This document shows positions 12,925 to 26,797 of a DNA stretch of 64,000 nucleotides, in pieces. Numbering within the stretch: position 1 is the first letter of the stretch; every line of letters starts with the position of its first letter. The position numbers were made by a program, and so were the translations under genes. The notes under the pieces were generated by a model that was given only the letters and a program-made list of their open reading frames with translations, was not told the origin of the DNA and searched no databases. The stretch covers positions 62,001-126,000 of the forward strand of contig JABLTG010000031.1 of NCBI GenBank assembly GCA_016618085.1, written 5' to 3'. This stretch comes from Neovahlkampfia damariscottae (taxonomy: Eukaryota).

Positions 12925-14223
12925 ATGGTTACTTCAAAACAAAAAAGAAAAGTAAAAACAGTTAAAACTGGGACAGGTAGTAGAAAACCATATGTAAAAA
13001 GAGCTTGCTCAAATTGTAAAAGTGCGCATACTGCTTGTGATTCAAATAGACCGTGTCAACGTTGTACAAGTTTAGGTTTAGAAGACTCATGTGTTGATGC
13101 AGAAAGAAAAAAACCAATTTTAAGGAAACCTCGAAAAAAGAAATTGAAAGAAGAAGAAATCGAAAATTTTCCTTCTTTAAAAGAATACGCTCCTTATTTA
13201 CCAAAGAATTCACCAACAACTTCGGTAGTTTTAGGTCAGTTTCCAACTACTACACTATTTCCACCAAAACCAAAAAATATACCAAATTATTATGCACAAG
13301 GAAATAATTATAATTTTGAATTTAATCCAAATAATTTTACTGCTTTTCAACAACAACATCAACAAGGTTATCAATCACCTTATCAGATATCAAATTTACA
13401 ACAACCTTTAAACAACGAAAATTTAATTTCAAAAAATAATTTACAACAATACCAACAGTATCAAAATCAAAATCAAAATCAACCATATGTTTCTGGATTA
13501 TTAAAAAATCAAAAAGAAGAAGAGAATATTTTACAAGAACAAAATCAACAAGGTGATGATGATAATGATGAAAATGTTGATTTATATATGGATTTATCAA
13601 ATTTATCACCTTTATTGACTAATACTCCTTATCAAAATGATTTACTTACAATACCAAATGGTGAATCTGGTGATGATCAAGAAGTATCATTTGAAGATGA
13701 TTTTTCATCTCAACAAAATTTGCAACAAAATCAAAATATAAAAAGTACACAAAGCAGTGCATTCGCGAAACCTGTTCCTATTCAACCACTTCCTTTAGTT
13801 CCATTCACAGGTAAAGGTAGTGGTGATTCAAAAAAAGGTACATTAACAAATAATCAATTAGAAGATTTATTAAAAATGGTTTGGCAAAAACAACAAGTGC
13901 AATCTGAAGAAATGAAGGAAATTAAAAAAGTTGTAAATGATTTAAAGAATTTAATGATTTCAAATAATAATTCTCAACAAAATTCACCACAACAAAAAAA
14001 TATGCAACCACCAATACATCAACAACAACAACAACCATCAATGCAACAAAATCAGCAAACAATGCAACAACCACAACAAAATATACCACAAACAATACCT
14101 CAGCCTTTGGAACAAAAATTTCAATTTCCTGAATCAACTTTTCAATCTCAAGAAGAGGAGAATGATGATTTTGATCCAGGAAACTATTCACCGATCAATC
14201 CTGAAGATTTAAGTTCTTGGTAA
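12925..14223 (+). CDS. Zn(II)2Cys6 binuclear-cluster transcription factor
   Basis: ACSNCKSAHTACDSNRPCQRCTSLGLEDSC near the N-terminus, Q/N-rich low-complexity regions and a short coiled coil; intronless. Confidence 0.9.
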   Translation: MVTSKQKRKVKTVKTGTGSRKPYVKRACSNCKSAHTACDSNRPCQRCTSLGLEDSCVDAERKKPILRKPRKKKLKEEEIENFPSLKEYAPYLPKNSPTTSVVLGQFPTTTLFPPKPKNIPNYYAQGNNYNFEFNPNNFTAFQQQHQQGYQSPYQISNLQQPLNNENLISKNNLQQYQQYQNQNQNQPYVSGLLKNQKEEENILQEQNQQGDDDNDENVDLYMDLSNLSPLLTNTPYQNDLLTIPNGESGDDQEVSFEDDFSSQQNLQQNQNIKSTQSSAFAKPVPIQPLPLVPFTGKGSGDSKKGTLTNNQLEDLLKMVWQKQQVQSEEMKEIKKVVNDLKNLMISNNNSQQNSPQQKNMQPPIHQQQQQPSMQQNQQTMQQPQQNIPQTIPQPLEQKFQFPESTFQSQEEENDDFDPGNYSPINPEDLSSW

Positions 14224-14407
14224 ATGTCAATATTAAAAATTTTATATCTTTTATTTTTCTTTTTTGTCACTCAAATTTAATTTTAAACTTCAAGTTGAGT
14301 GTTCGCTTAGTTTAGTCAACATAATTTCCACAGAAGTCTGATTCAATCTTTATTTGGGTTTCGATTGATCTTCCAAAACAAATCATCCAATTAAAAAATA
14401 TCTAAAC

Positions 14408-17400
14408 ATGTCTTTGGTTGAAGATGAAGGTATGATCAAACAAATTTTTTAAAAAATAAAATTCATCAAGAAATTATGAAACATTACACGTATAAATATT
14501 TTAAAGATGAAATGGTCACAAAATTAGCTCTATTTGAAAAGATACAGGGTATAAAACTAATTTATTTTTTTAAAATAAAATAGAATGGCCAGATTTGATT
14601 AAATTTTTAGAACAATTGATAAAATTAATCAAGAAATATCATAAAGTACCTATAATTCCAGAAAAATACACTTTGAGCAAAAGATTAAGTCAATGGTTCG
14701 AAAATGAAATATCTTTTAATTTTTTCAAGTTTAACTCCATCTTTACCACAAGGAGTTCATTTAAAAGTTGTTGAAGTTTATGTCACTATCTTTGAAAATA
14801 TAAAACTGAATAGACTATCAAAAGACTTACCAATTTGGTGCGGACTTTTTTATTTATTCCCATTTGCTTCTATTCAAACTAAACCTGAATTATTAAGAGT
14901 TTATGAAGAATACTTTTTTCCATTAGAATCCAATTTAAAACCATGTTTAAGTAAGTCGTTTTTTTTTTTTAAAGTGATTCAAAAAAAAAAGGTTTGATTA
15001 TTTTGTCATTACTATCAGGTTTAGATGAAGAAGAAGGTACAAGAATATATTCAGAATCTTTTAAAATGTTAAACAAATTATTACAAATTTTCAACGAAGA
15101 AATCTTTTTCAAAACTTTATGGGATAATATATTAAATTCAAAGAATTGTAGAGTAGCTGCTTTTAAATTCATTTCAAGTTATTCACAAAAATCAAAAATT
15201 AAATTATATCAACCATTGGTTATTGAAGCAATTTGTTCTTGTTTAATTGATTCAAAAGTTATGACTCAAAGAAGTGTATTAGATATGTTATGTAATCATT
15301 TTAGAATTGAAAATGCATTTGAATATCAAGATATGATAAAAATCATTTATACCATGACTTTGATTATTGAATCTTGTGATAATTCTGTAAGTAGAAGAAT
15401 TTATCAATGGTTATTTGATAATACAAATAATACTATTTATTTTAAAGAAAATTCTTTAAAACCTTTCATGGATTCAATGATAGTAAATTTGGATACAAAT
15501 ATATTAATCATTTTTAGATTCATTTCAAACAAACAGAAGAAAATGTTGAACATTTATTAAAATTTAATTCAATTCAAATTTTCATTTTATTTTTAGAAAG
15601 ATTAGATAATTTAAAAGAAATTGTTGTCAAAACATTATTACCTGATATTTTGATTCATGTAAATTTTAATCGAAAATTATTGGATGATTTTTTTATTTTA
15701 TTAAAAAAATCAAATGAAATTAATAATGAAATTATATGGGATTGTCTTCATGAATTTTGTAAACAAAAGAATTTTGAATTAGTTTTTAATTGGTTAGAAA
15801 TTTTAAATGAAAATAATTTCATTTTGAAAAATGAACAACCAATAGATGAAGAGAATTTTATATTAACTAAATGTTTACCAAAAATATTAACTGAATTATT
15901 ATCATCATTTGATTTAAAAAAGACATTAATATCATTAAAAATATCATATTTTATTTTAGATAAAATACAAGATATAATATCCAATGAATATTTAGAAAAT
16001 ATTTATTCAATATCACAAGATAACTTTTTTAATTTTTCAAAGAATCTAAAATCAATTGAATATTTGAATGAATATGAACAATTATATTCATTTACATTAC
16101 ATTTACTTTCAAAATTGAAATCAAATAAACTGGATGATGTACCAATTTTTATGAAAGGATTATTTGAAACATGTGGTTCTGATAATATAATCATTTCATT
16201 ATTTTCAATTAAATCATTTTTAAGTGTTGTATTAACTCCAACACCTGCAATTGAAAATATTCAAAATTTAATTCTTGAAGATGAAAGATTTACAAAAACA
16301 ATAATTAAAAAATTATGGAATTTAATGATACCAAAGAATGCAAAATATCATTTTGAAATATCAAAATTAATGATTGATTTTTATTTATTGAATAAACATG
16401 TTTGTAATTCAATTATATCAGATACATTAACATCAGAATCATTAAATAAAAGAATTGAAGGATATCAAAAATTTTCATTAATTTGGAAATTATTAGATGG
16501 TATTAATGTTTCATTTCGTGTTTTTGATGATGGTTTATTGTTAATGTTAGGTTCAATAAAATCAGAAAATTCAACATTAAGATTAATTTCAAATTCATGG
16601 TTGAAAAACTCAATGAAAAATATAAATAGAATTTTAGATTCTTTATTTTGTTTATTAGTTGATGAAGAATCAATAAAACAAAAAATTAATGTTTTTGATG
16701 AAAGAAGATCAACTTATGTATTAAAATTATGGTTAGAAATTTTAAACGTTTCACCAATTCAATTCATAAAATCAACAATGAAAACTGAATTAAGTTTTGA
16801 TTTAATTGATAATTATCAAAAGTTTTTAATCAAAGATATTCAAAATAGTATGTCATTTTTAATTAAACATGTTTAAAGATACATTTCAAATGCCATCGAG
16901 TCATTTTGATATTTCAGGAAATGATTATTTAACTTTATTAATTTCAACATGTGTTAGATTAATGGAATTTGGTATTAATGAAGAAAATGTAAATTCAGAA
17001 GAGAAAACTATACATTCAACAATTAGAGCAAATTCTGTTCAATTTTTACAATTAATTTTAAATTATGGAAGAGATATTGAAGAAATGAATAGATTCACTA
17101 TTCCATTATCAGAATTAAGTATCAAATTTTACTAAATTAATTCTTATTTTAGTTTTATTTCATTTAAATATTGCTATTGAATCAAAAGATGCTGTTTTTC
17201 AAGTTGAATTATTAGATTTTATGTTTATCATTTTGAAATTATTAGATTTAAAAAAAATTGAAAGTCCAATCATAAAATCTGATAAATTTATAAAAATTAT
17301 AATGAATGGATTCAAAACAGCATTTGAAGGTCAAAATTCAGATGAAATGTATTCTTTGTCTCTTTTGAATCATTGGATGAAATCATTCATTTCATATTTA

Positions 17401-19804
17401 CCTTTCATGAAGAATATTTTATCTTCTGTTATTACATCATCTGTTTCTTTATTCATTTCTCTTTTGAATGAATGTTCAAAATTAGGTGTCAATTCATTAA
17501 CTCATGAATCAATTATTATTATCTTGAATGGATTATCTGCTATTTTTAGATTTTGTTTAACAGAAAATGATATTGAAGAATTAGAAAAGAAAATGTTAAA
17601 ACAACAACAAGAAGAAGATAAAAATCTGATTGGAAAGTTATTTACAGGTTTAATTACAGGATTTAATAATGAAAATGAAAATTTAATTTCACCAATTGAA
17701 GAATCAAAATTATTTCTTTTTTCGAAAGTCTCAGAGGTTTGATCTTTTTTTATTTATCAATTTTAGATTTTAATGGTGTTATCAAAGATTTGGAATTCAA
17801 TGAAAGAAGATGGTTTTGGTGGTGATTTGAATGCAAAATATCTTGTTGAAAAATCTATTGTTAGATTAATAGAACCATTATTCAATGAGAATTCATTTGA
17901 ATTAATGACATCACTAATTGTTTTATGGGCAACTTTTCATCCTGAAACTTTGAATTCATTTCAAGTTAAATTGAATAATTTAGATTTTTGGTAGGCCAAT
18001 CAAAAAAAAATTCTAATGATTACTTGAAAATAGTTTAATTGAAATACTGAATGAAATGGATGTGATGACACCTGATAGTTTTATTTTAAAAATATCAAAT
18101 GTGATTATGGAATTAAAGAATGAAAAAAAAACGAAAAATTTATCTGAGAATTTAAAACTTCGAGAATCCGTTGGATTGAGTTTTTTATCATGTTATATTG
18201 AAAAATGCTCAAATAATTATTCATTCTTAAAAATGATTGAAACTTTAAATTTACTTTTAATGAATTTTAATTCGTCAACACAAGATTTATTTAATCTTGG
18301 AATGTTATTGAATATAATATATCAATTTATAAAAAGATGTTCATTAAAAGAATTAGAAAAAGAAAAAAAATTTAAAGAAAATATTATTAAATTATTTGAT
18401 AATTCAATTTTATTAGCTACAAAAGAAACAATCACAAAACAAAAATTAATCAAAAAAGAAAATTTAATTGTAAAAGAAAAAGATTTAAGATACTTTGATA
18501 TATCAACTCAAATGTTCAAATTTATATCAATTATGTTACCTTTAATAGGAAATGAAATTTTTGACGAAAAAGATTTTCAAATTCTTTTAAGTTCAATTTT
18601 ACCAAATTTTATATCAGTTTTGAAATATCATAATCTAGAAAATATGTATAAAACTAAATTCGTTTTAAAAATATTATTAAATTTCAATCATTTTACAACC
18701 AATCAAAATAGAGAATTATTGAATTTATTTTATGATAATCAATTCTTTTTTATTGATTGTGATTCTTTTAAATATTGGAAAGAAATTTTAAATCGAATCA
18801 TGAAAAAAGAAAAGAATTTTTATTTCATTGAATTATTGAATAAGTTTAGTACAACCCAATCAATTTTTATGTCTGCTGAAACAGAAGCAATATCTAAATC
18901 AAGATTATTAAAAAGAATGTCGTTTATTATTTATGCAGGTGAATTTAATCAATATTTAAATCATTTTAATTTGATCATTGAAAAGATTGTCGATTCATTA
19001 AAATCATCAAATTCAAATACTGTTCTATTTCAAATTTTATTGGCTCTAAGAGTTTTGATGTTGAAAATTTCCAATGAAAAATTGAAATCTATTTGGCCAA
19101 CCATAATGACTTTAATTATCAAAGTTTTAGAAAATTCTAAAAATGAACATCCTTCTATTTTATTTGCTATTTGTAGATTTATTGATTATGCTACCATTAT
19201 TTTACCAGAAGATTTTCAATTTTATAAATGGATATTTTATACAAAGTAAGAAAACTTATAGTTTTGTTAAATATAAAAAAGTAATATGATTGATTTAGAA
19301 AATGAAAAAACAAAATATCACAATTTCATTCCTTTTTTAAAAACATTTGATGTTTCGTTGACCAATCAACAAAAAATTGAAATTAATAATGAATTAAAAA
19401 AAGAAGTAAGAAGATTTTAAACTCAAATTCAAAAGTTAAATTCAAATTTCAAACGACCATTAAAAATACCAAAAATTATAAAAAATTTGAAACAAGTTAA
19501 TCAATTTGGAATTGAATTAAATTCTAATTTAAGATTTAATAATTTATATGAAACTATTAATTTTGAAATTGATTTCAAAGAGATTGATTCACAATTTGAA
19601 ATTGATTTTATAAATTTAAAATTCAATGAATTACAAAAATTAGTTTTAAATAATAAAAAAGAAGAAGAAGAAGAAAATGAAAGACATTCAATTGGAATAC
19701 CAAGAGAAGAAATGGAAAAATTAAATGAAAAAAAAGGAAAAGAATTAAATTCAAAAAATGAAGAAGTAGAAGATAAAAATTGGATTAAGATTGATGATAT
19801 TTAA
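14408..19804 (+). CDS. DOP1: Dopey family protein
   Basis: EWPDLIKFL, LSKRLSQCLTPSLPQGVHLK and the C-terminal LKRMSFIIYAGEFNQY / LKSIWPTI motifs; about 11 introns. Confidence 0.9.
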
Positions 19805-20683
19805 TAAATCTTTCTTCTGATGAATCTATATAAAATTGATGTTCAATTAATTCTAAATTTTCAATTTCTGTTTTGAATAGTGATCCATAATCAACCATTT
19901 GTTGTTGTTGTTGTTGTAATCCACCTGTCATTTGATTTTGCATTAATTTTGCATCATCAACAGCTTTTTTGATAATTTAGTTTTTTTTTTTTTTCTTACT
20001 TTCATTTCCAAAAATTAAAGAAAAAACTCCGTTAGAACCAAATAAAAATAAAAAAAAAATTGAAGATGAAGTGACATAAGATACATCAAGTGAGTTCAAA
20101 TTTAAACCTCTTTGTACCATTCCTTTAAATTTTTGAGTCAATTGAAACGGAAATTTTGCTAAAACAAAACTTGAATAAAAATAAGACAACCATCCAAATA
20201 TGACCTAAAATATTAATACTACTGAGTAAAAATACCATATTTGGAACAATCATTGCCATATTATTTTTCATTAAATCTCCCATAGCACCTATAGTAGTCA
20301 GTCTTCATAAAATCTAAAGTACTTGGATCTGTCATCGCAGATAATGTTTGTGCGGGTATTTTTTCATTTAAAAGACCTCCTTTTCTTTCTTCAGGTTCTT
20401 CACCTTCGACAGTAGAAGGAATAATAGTTTTTTCATCATTAAAAAAGAAATTTCTTCTTATTTTGAAACTATCTTTTGGTATAAATTTTCCATGAATTTT
20501 CAAATCATTTGACTTTTTCAAAGTTTGTCCTTGTCTGAATTTTTCAATATTCTTTTTTTTATTTGAATTGCCAAAAATATTAGTCAAATAATTCCTTATA
20601 ACACCAAATAAAAACATAGTAATTAAAATTGGAAATAATACCCAATCTCTAATTCTTGAATCAAGTTCAAGTTGTAAATCCAT
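19785..20683 (-). CDS. EMC3: ER membrane complex subunit 3
   Basis: LELDSRIRDWVLFPI and AKFPFQLTQKFKGMVQRG...LDVSYVTSSS motifs; three introns; stop at 19785-19787. Confidence 0.92.
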
Positions 20684-20755
20684 TAAAGCTCTGTTGTGTT
20701 AAAGAATTGACCAATAAAACTCAAATAATTTTATTTTATTTTTAATAAATCAAAT

Positions 20756-21239
20756 TTAAAATTTTCCAAAGTATTTATATCTTTCTTGATTTAAAATTTT
20801 ATGTGCCTCCAAATTTACTCTTGATAATTTTGAGCCATAACCTAAATCATATTCATACCCTGCATAAGTAATTATAGCGGATATAGGAAGTAACATAGCT
20901 ATATGAATTAAATGCAAATTAATTGTTTTTACCAACTGGAAATTTTCCAACAAGCATAAACCTTAAAAAATTAAATGTCGATCAATTAAATACCTTGAAA
21001 GAGTACCTATGGTCAATACGGATGTATATCCAAATGCCCATCTAAATCTAAAAGAATTTAGATTTTAATTTCAAAAACCTTTCTCTTGATTTACTAAGTT
21101 GCATTGCTAAATTTATTTCAGCACTTCTTTGCCAGTGTACAAAATTATCTGGAATATAAGATGAATTTTATCTATTCTTACTATTTTCTGCAAGGATTTC
21201 TTCATCCGTTGGAGTTCTTGACGCTTCTTCGTTGGACAT
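20756..21239 (-). CDS. PLGRKT: Plasminogen receptor (KT)/DUF2368-like membrane protein
   Basis: Four introns; LAMQLSKSRERFRW and YEYDLGYGSKLSRVNLEA match the family pattern as recalled. Confidence 0.7.
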
Positions 21240-21328
21240 TCAAACTACTTCAAAAAAAACCTCTGATTGGATAAAATTGAAAGAGGAATAAAATCACAAA
21301 AACAACATCAAAAATTTATAATCATTTT

Positions 21329-22296
21329 TTAAATTGCTGATATTCCACCATCAATTGGTAATGCAACACCTGTAATGAATGATGATTTTTTTGATAATAA
21401 AAACACAACTGAGTCTGCAACTTCTTCTGGATTGGCTACTCTTCCCATTGGTACTCGATTTTTTAATGCTTCAAATTCTTGTTCTGTCATTAATTTTGTA
21501 ACTAATGGTGTTCTTGTGAAACCTATTCCATTCATCAATCAATATATAAATCAAGTACTTACTTGGACAAACTGCATTGATTCTGATACCTTTTCTTGCA
21601 TATTCTAAAGAAGTTGAATAAGTCATACCAACAACACCAAATTTTGTTGCTGAATAAGGAGCATTCATTTTAAATCCAACTAAACCAGAAATTGATGAAT
21701 TATTGACAATTGAATAACTTTCATTATTTTTTAGTTTTGGTTGTTTTAACATTTGTTCAATTTCATATTTCAAACATAAAAATACCTTTTTTTTTTAAGA
21801 GTTCATATTTATCTTACTCCTTTTAAATTGATTTCCATCTTATTTTTTTAACTTCTATTTTTTATTTTACTAATTTGTCAAGTGTGAATTCATCTTGTTC
21901 ATGAATTTTTCCAAGATTACCACCTATACCTGCATTATTAAAACAACAATCTATTTTTCCATATTTTTCAACTATTTATTGATTAGTTTTATCATTTCTA
22001 TTTTATACCTGCTTTTTGTATTGTTTCTTTCACAGATTTTGCTTTTGAAACATCACAAGAAATGAAATAATAATCACCTTTTATTTTTTTCAAATCTTCA
22101 GTTTCTCTAAGATCAACACAAACTATCTTTGCTCCTTCACTTTTATTAAAAGTAAATTTATTTTTTTTGTTTAATTCTTACTTTGAACATTTGATTGCTG
22201 ATTGTAACCCAATACCTGATGATGCTCCTATATAATTGTTAAACATTAACTTGATAAACAACCTGTGATTAATACTACTTTATTTTTTAATGACAT
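21329..22296 (-). CDS. Classical short-chain dehydrogenase/reductase
   Basis: TGASSGIG, NNAG, YSATK and [12 protein letters not shown] motifs; six introns. Confidence 0.92.
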
Positions 22297-22324
22297 TTCC
22301 TTTTAATTGGTTAGTTTTTTTGTC

Positions 22325-22875
22325 TTCATATTTCGCTGTGATAAAAACCAGAATTGCACTTTTTATCAAAATGAATTCTTTTCTTGAAAATAAATCCCTG
22401 AGAAATGGCAAATCTAAAAAAAATTAAAAAAAAAATTCAAACAACTGAAAGGTGATCGTTTTACAGTTCTATAAAATAACAAATTGAATTTTTTTGAGTT
22501 TCATACTGTAATTCAGTTGATGAAGAAAATGCACCTACATAAGTCTAAATTAGTTAAAATTTCATCTTTTATATTTACAGGTTGATTTGGTTTTAATAAA
22601 ACATTGGTTTGAAAAGTAAAATGTTTTTTTAGTCTCATTGATTCCCATCTTGATTTTAATTCATCTGAAACTGGTATCATTTTTAATTGTGATTTATTTT
22701 CATTTCTATTTGAATATTGATTTGATAAATATTCTAATTCACTAAATTCAAAACGTTGGATTATAGTTTCATTTTCTTGAGTTTCTGTTTGTTTTTGTTG
22801 AGGAAAAACTAAATTATTAAAAATTTTTAAAATGTATCGTATTATTTTCAAAATCCATTCAATTAAAATTTTCAT
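22325..22875 (-). CDS. Hypothetical protein (3' end uncertain)
   Basis: ATG at 22875 below an ATTGG box; the ORF continues through one or two plausible short introns; no recognisable domain. Confidence 0.5.
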
Positions 22876-22940
22876 TTCTTCTTTGTGTCGTATTTGGAAA
22901 AAATAATTTAATTGGTTAAACTTTTTCAACTAAAAAAAAG

Positions 22941-24036
22941 ATGAACAAAATTCAAAGTCAATTTTCATTTGTTATTTATGGAACAAAGTGGATAAATCCA
23001 AATACTTGTTGTATTTGTGGTGGTGGTGGACAAGGAATACCTAACGTAAAACAAATAGATTCAAAAAAAAAAGCGCGTTTTAATTTGTTCAATAGAAAAC
23101 GAAAAAATAAATGTCATAGATGAAATTAAATTAGATGGTGAAATGGCAGTCCCTCTTCAAATTGATGTTAATGATGACTTTATTATTTTTACAACACTCG
23201 AAAAATTATATTTATTATCTTATGACAAAGAATTCAAGTAAATTGAAATCAATAAATTAATGAATAGAATGAAAATATTAGATCAAATAGATTTGATATC
23301 AAAAGCAGAAGAAAGATATTTAAAATGTATTTTGACAAAAAAAAACGAAATTTTCGTTTCTGATGATTCACCAAAAATATCAAAATACAACATTAAGAAA
23401 GATAAATTATCAATTGATAAAAAGATTACTGATTGTAAAAAATCAGTGAAATCATTAGATTTTAATGAAAAGAACGAAATTTTAGGATTTATTGAAGATG
23501 ATTATAAGTTTAATATTTTTGATTTAAAGAATGAAAAATTGATATTTGAAAAAGAAATGAAAGAAAAAATTAAAGTTATAAAATTATCAAATGAATCAAT
23601 TTTCATTTTAAAAACCAACTCAAAAGGACCTTCAAATTTATTAAAATTTAAAAAAGAAAAAAATGAATTTGAATTGAAAAATGAAATTGAAATATCAAAA
23701 AAGAGTTGTAATACAATGTCATTATTACAAAGAGGAGAATCTGAAAAATTTGAAGAATTTTTAGGATTTTCAATTCAAAATGGAATTACAATTTATAATG
23801 GAACAGAAATGAAAAAACAAGTATCGAATTTTAATTTACATTCATTTTCAATGACATGTTCTGATTTGATTGGTGAAAATGAAAATGAATTAAAAATTAT
23901 ATCTGGTTCATTGGATCAAACTGTTGTTGTTCATCAAGTAAATTTGAAGAGATCAATTTTTAATTTCAAAAATTTTGTTTTCTTTTTATCATTTTTAGTT
24001 TTAATTTTGGCTATTATTTTTTTTAGAATGAAATAA
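22941..24036 (+). CDS. SEC12: Sec12/PREB-like WD40 GEF for Sar1
   Basis: N-terminal GGGGQGIPN K-loop-like motif, beta-propeller-like segments and a C-terminal TM; two introns. Confidence 0.7.
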
Positions 24037-24148
24037 GACTTTTAGTGAATAAAAAATTTGATGTTTATTTTATTTTTTTTTTTGACCAATTATTTTCGAA
24101 TTTGTTTTTATTGGTTAACAGGAACAAGTAATTTTTTTTTGAAGAGAA

Positions 24149-25797
24149 ATGAAAAAGGTTCTATTTTCAAATAAAAGACTCTTTTTAAATCAAAACAAAT
24201 ATTCAAAATTATTCAAAGAAGGTGTTGATTTTATCAAACCAACAAACACAAAAGAAGATTTAGTTGAATTCACAAAAACTGAAAACTTTTTTAATGAAAA
24301 CATTCCACATTATTTTCCAAATGCAAAATATGCTAATAAAGAAACACATTTAGATGGAAAAAAAATTGAAGAAATTTTAAAAGAAAAAGAAACAAAAATA
24401 AATAAAACAAAAGAATATGAAAAATTTGAAACTTTATATGAAAAATCAGAAGATACTGAAAAAGATTTTGATGAATTATATAGATTTCTTACAAATGAAT
24501 CTCTTGAAACAAAATTAAGTTTTTTGAATTTTTTGAAGGAAATTGACAGAGAAGATATTGTTTTGAAAGTTGAAAGTTTATACATAAAAAGAATGATTTT
24601 TGAAGCAAATAAGAATATTGAAATAAAAAAAGACCATGTAAGCAAGAAAAATTAAATTAACGTTTTAAAAAAGTTAACAAAATTTTCAACAATTGAAGAT
24701 GATGGATTTTTAAGAAGAAAAATAAATGAAAATGAAAGAAATGCTAAAAAAAAACTTAAAAAAGAAGAAGAAGAAGAGGATGAATTAATTAAATCAATGA
24801 CACCATCAACAAGAGATTTATTCAAATTAGTACCAAACAAAAGATTTTCATCCATTGGTATTTCAAATGAAGGTGATTTTCAAGATAGAAATAGTAAATT
24901 AGATCCAAATGATAATATTTTTAAAATGGATCCAACAAATGATAATGAAAAATATTTTCAAGATTCATTGTTAAATGAGTTGAATGAATTAAAGAAATTA
25001 TCATCAGCAGAAATTTCAAGAGAAGGCTACGGAGGACATCCAAATTTTGATAGAGCTATTGAAGGAGATGATTTTAGTGCATTTGATGATGGTCAAACTG
25101 AAGAACAAACAAATATGTATCCAAGTGATATGTATGATTTAAAAAGAGATGAATATGGTGAACATGCATCAAATTCACCAGGTGTTTGGTTAAAAAAGTT
25201 TGTTTTAAAATTTTGAATAATTTATCTTTATAGATTTGAAGAAACTATTTTGTTTAAAAAAAGAACTTCAATTAGATCAACAGAAGGTAGAAGAGAAAGT
25301 GAATGTTGTTTTGTTTTGATTGGTAGTCCATATGGATTTGTTGGTGTTGGTTTTGGTTTTGCTGCATCTGCTGTGCATGCTTTAGAAAAAGCAAGAAAAA
25401 AAGCATTTTTGAATATTCGTTCAGTTGAAGCTACCAATGGAACAATCATTCAAAAAAAAATAAAAAAAAAATATAAAAAATCAATTGTTGAAATGCAAAA
25501 AAGTACAAAAAGTGGTATTAGAGCACATCCAGTTTTAAAAAAAATGTGTGAAGTAAGTCTAAAGAATTTAACCAATTAAAATTGTAGTATTTACAAATGG
25601 ATAAAATATCAATTAAATGTCATGGATCTAGAAATATTTTAACAGTTATTCCTGCATTTTATAAATGTTTAGATGAAATTGTCACACTTGAAGAATATGC
25701 AAATTCAAAAGGTTTAATTCCAATTTATGCAAATGAACAATATAAAAATTATTTGGAAAATGTTAAAAGAAATAAAACAAGATATGGATGGTATTAA
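24149..25797 (+). CDS. MRPS5: Mitochondrial ribosomal protein uS5m
   Basis: Presequence-like N-terminus, long extension and S5 domains (GRRESECCFVLIGSPYGFVGVGFG, ALEKARKKA, KCHGSRN); three introns. Confidence 0.8.
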
Positions 25798-25816
25798 AAA
25801 GTATTATTTCAATTTT

Positions 25817-26718
25817 TCATTTTTTTTCTGTTGTTGAACACTCAGAACATTTCCAAGTTTCTTTTGGTATTGTTTTCAAACCAACACAATCATAATGATA
25901 TCCACGATCACATCTATCACATATTATTATCTTTTCTTCATTTTCATCATCATTACACAATTCACATAATTTACAACCTTCACATTTCCATTTTTTTCGA
26001 AATTCTTCAGGAATATGATTTAAATTTGGTTCATGGCAATACTATTGAAAATTAAGTTTTTTTTTTTGTTTTACTGTGTGCACAATTTTATAACAACTTG
26101 TACATTGCAACATATCTTTATCATTTTCTTCTTTACAAATTTTGCATTGTGGTGGTTTGGATCCTATTAAAATTAATGATTATTTTTGAATTTTTTACTT
26201 GGTCTTCCTCTATTTTTCTTTAATGCTGAATTATCAAAATATAATTTTTTAGTTGGTGTTTCTGATTTTATTTCTTTTTGTGGAGTGGTCGTCATTGACA
26301 TTGGTGATATTGGTACTTTCATTTGTATAGTTGTAGAAGGTGATGATAGTATTGGTAAAAATGGGTTTTTAAATATTGGTGATTGTAAAGGTTGATTTGA
26401 ACTTGTTGGAGTAGAAGAAGTTGATGAAGTTGAAGGAACAGTAACCTTTAAATCATCTCTTTTTCTCTTTTTTTTATTTTCTTTAGTAACAGGTAAATAT
26501 GGTTGAAGTGTTTTTGTTGACATTGAGACTTTATGCTCAATAGTTGCTTTTCCAAATTCTTTTTCAAATTCAGGATTTTTGAAGGTATAAAGTTGATAAA
26601 CGAACTTTGAGTTTTTTAAATGATTTTCTTTTGTTTCGTTTGACTCTAAAAAATTACAATGACAAATATTCTGATGAGTTATTGGACATGAAGTATGAAA
26701 AGTGTTTAGTATTGACAT
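25817..26718 (-). CDS. AT-hook plus double PHD finger chromatin protein (DPF/PHF10-like)
   Basis: Spliced RGRPR, then CKIC...CTSC...HTYC...WKCEGCKLCELC...CDRCDRGYHYDC...WKCSEC; two introns. Confidence 0.85.
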
Positions 26719-26797
26719 GATGCTGATTGGTTTATTTTTTATCCAACAGATTCTTTCTATTATTGCCTTCAAGCAAAAAAAACTTTGATTCTTTTAA

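Noticed and set aside
22321..22420. C/D snoRNA-like GTGATA...CTGA
   Set aside because: The C box is imperfect and the region is better explained as the last exon of the minus-strand hypothetical gene.
25181..25240. Possible in-frame TGA (selenocysteine) created by splicing in MRPS5
   Set aside because: A downstream donor (AAA AA|GTTTGT) gives a normal 36-nt intron and an open frame.
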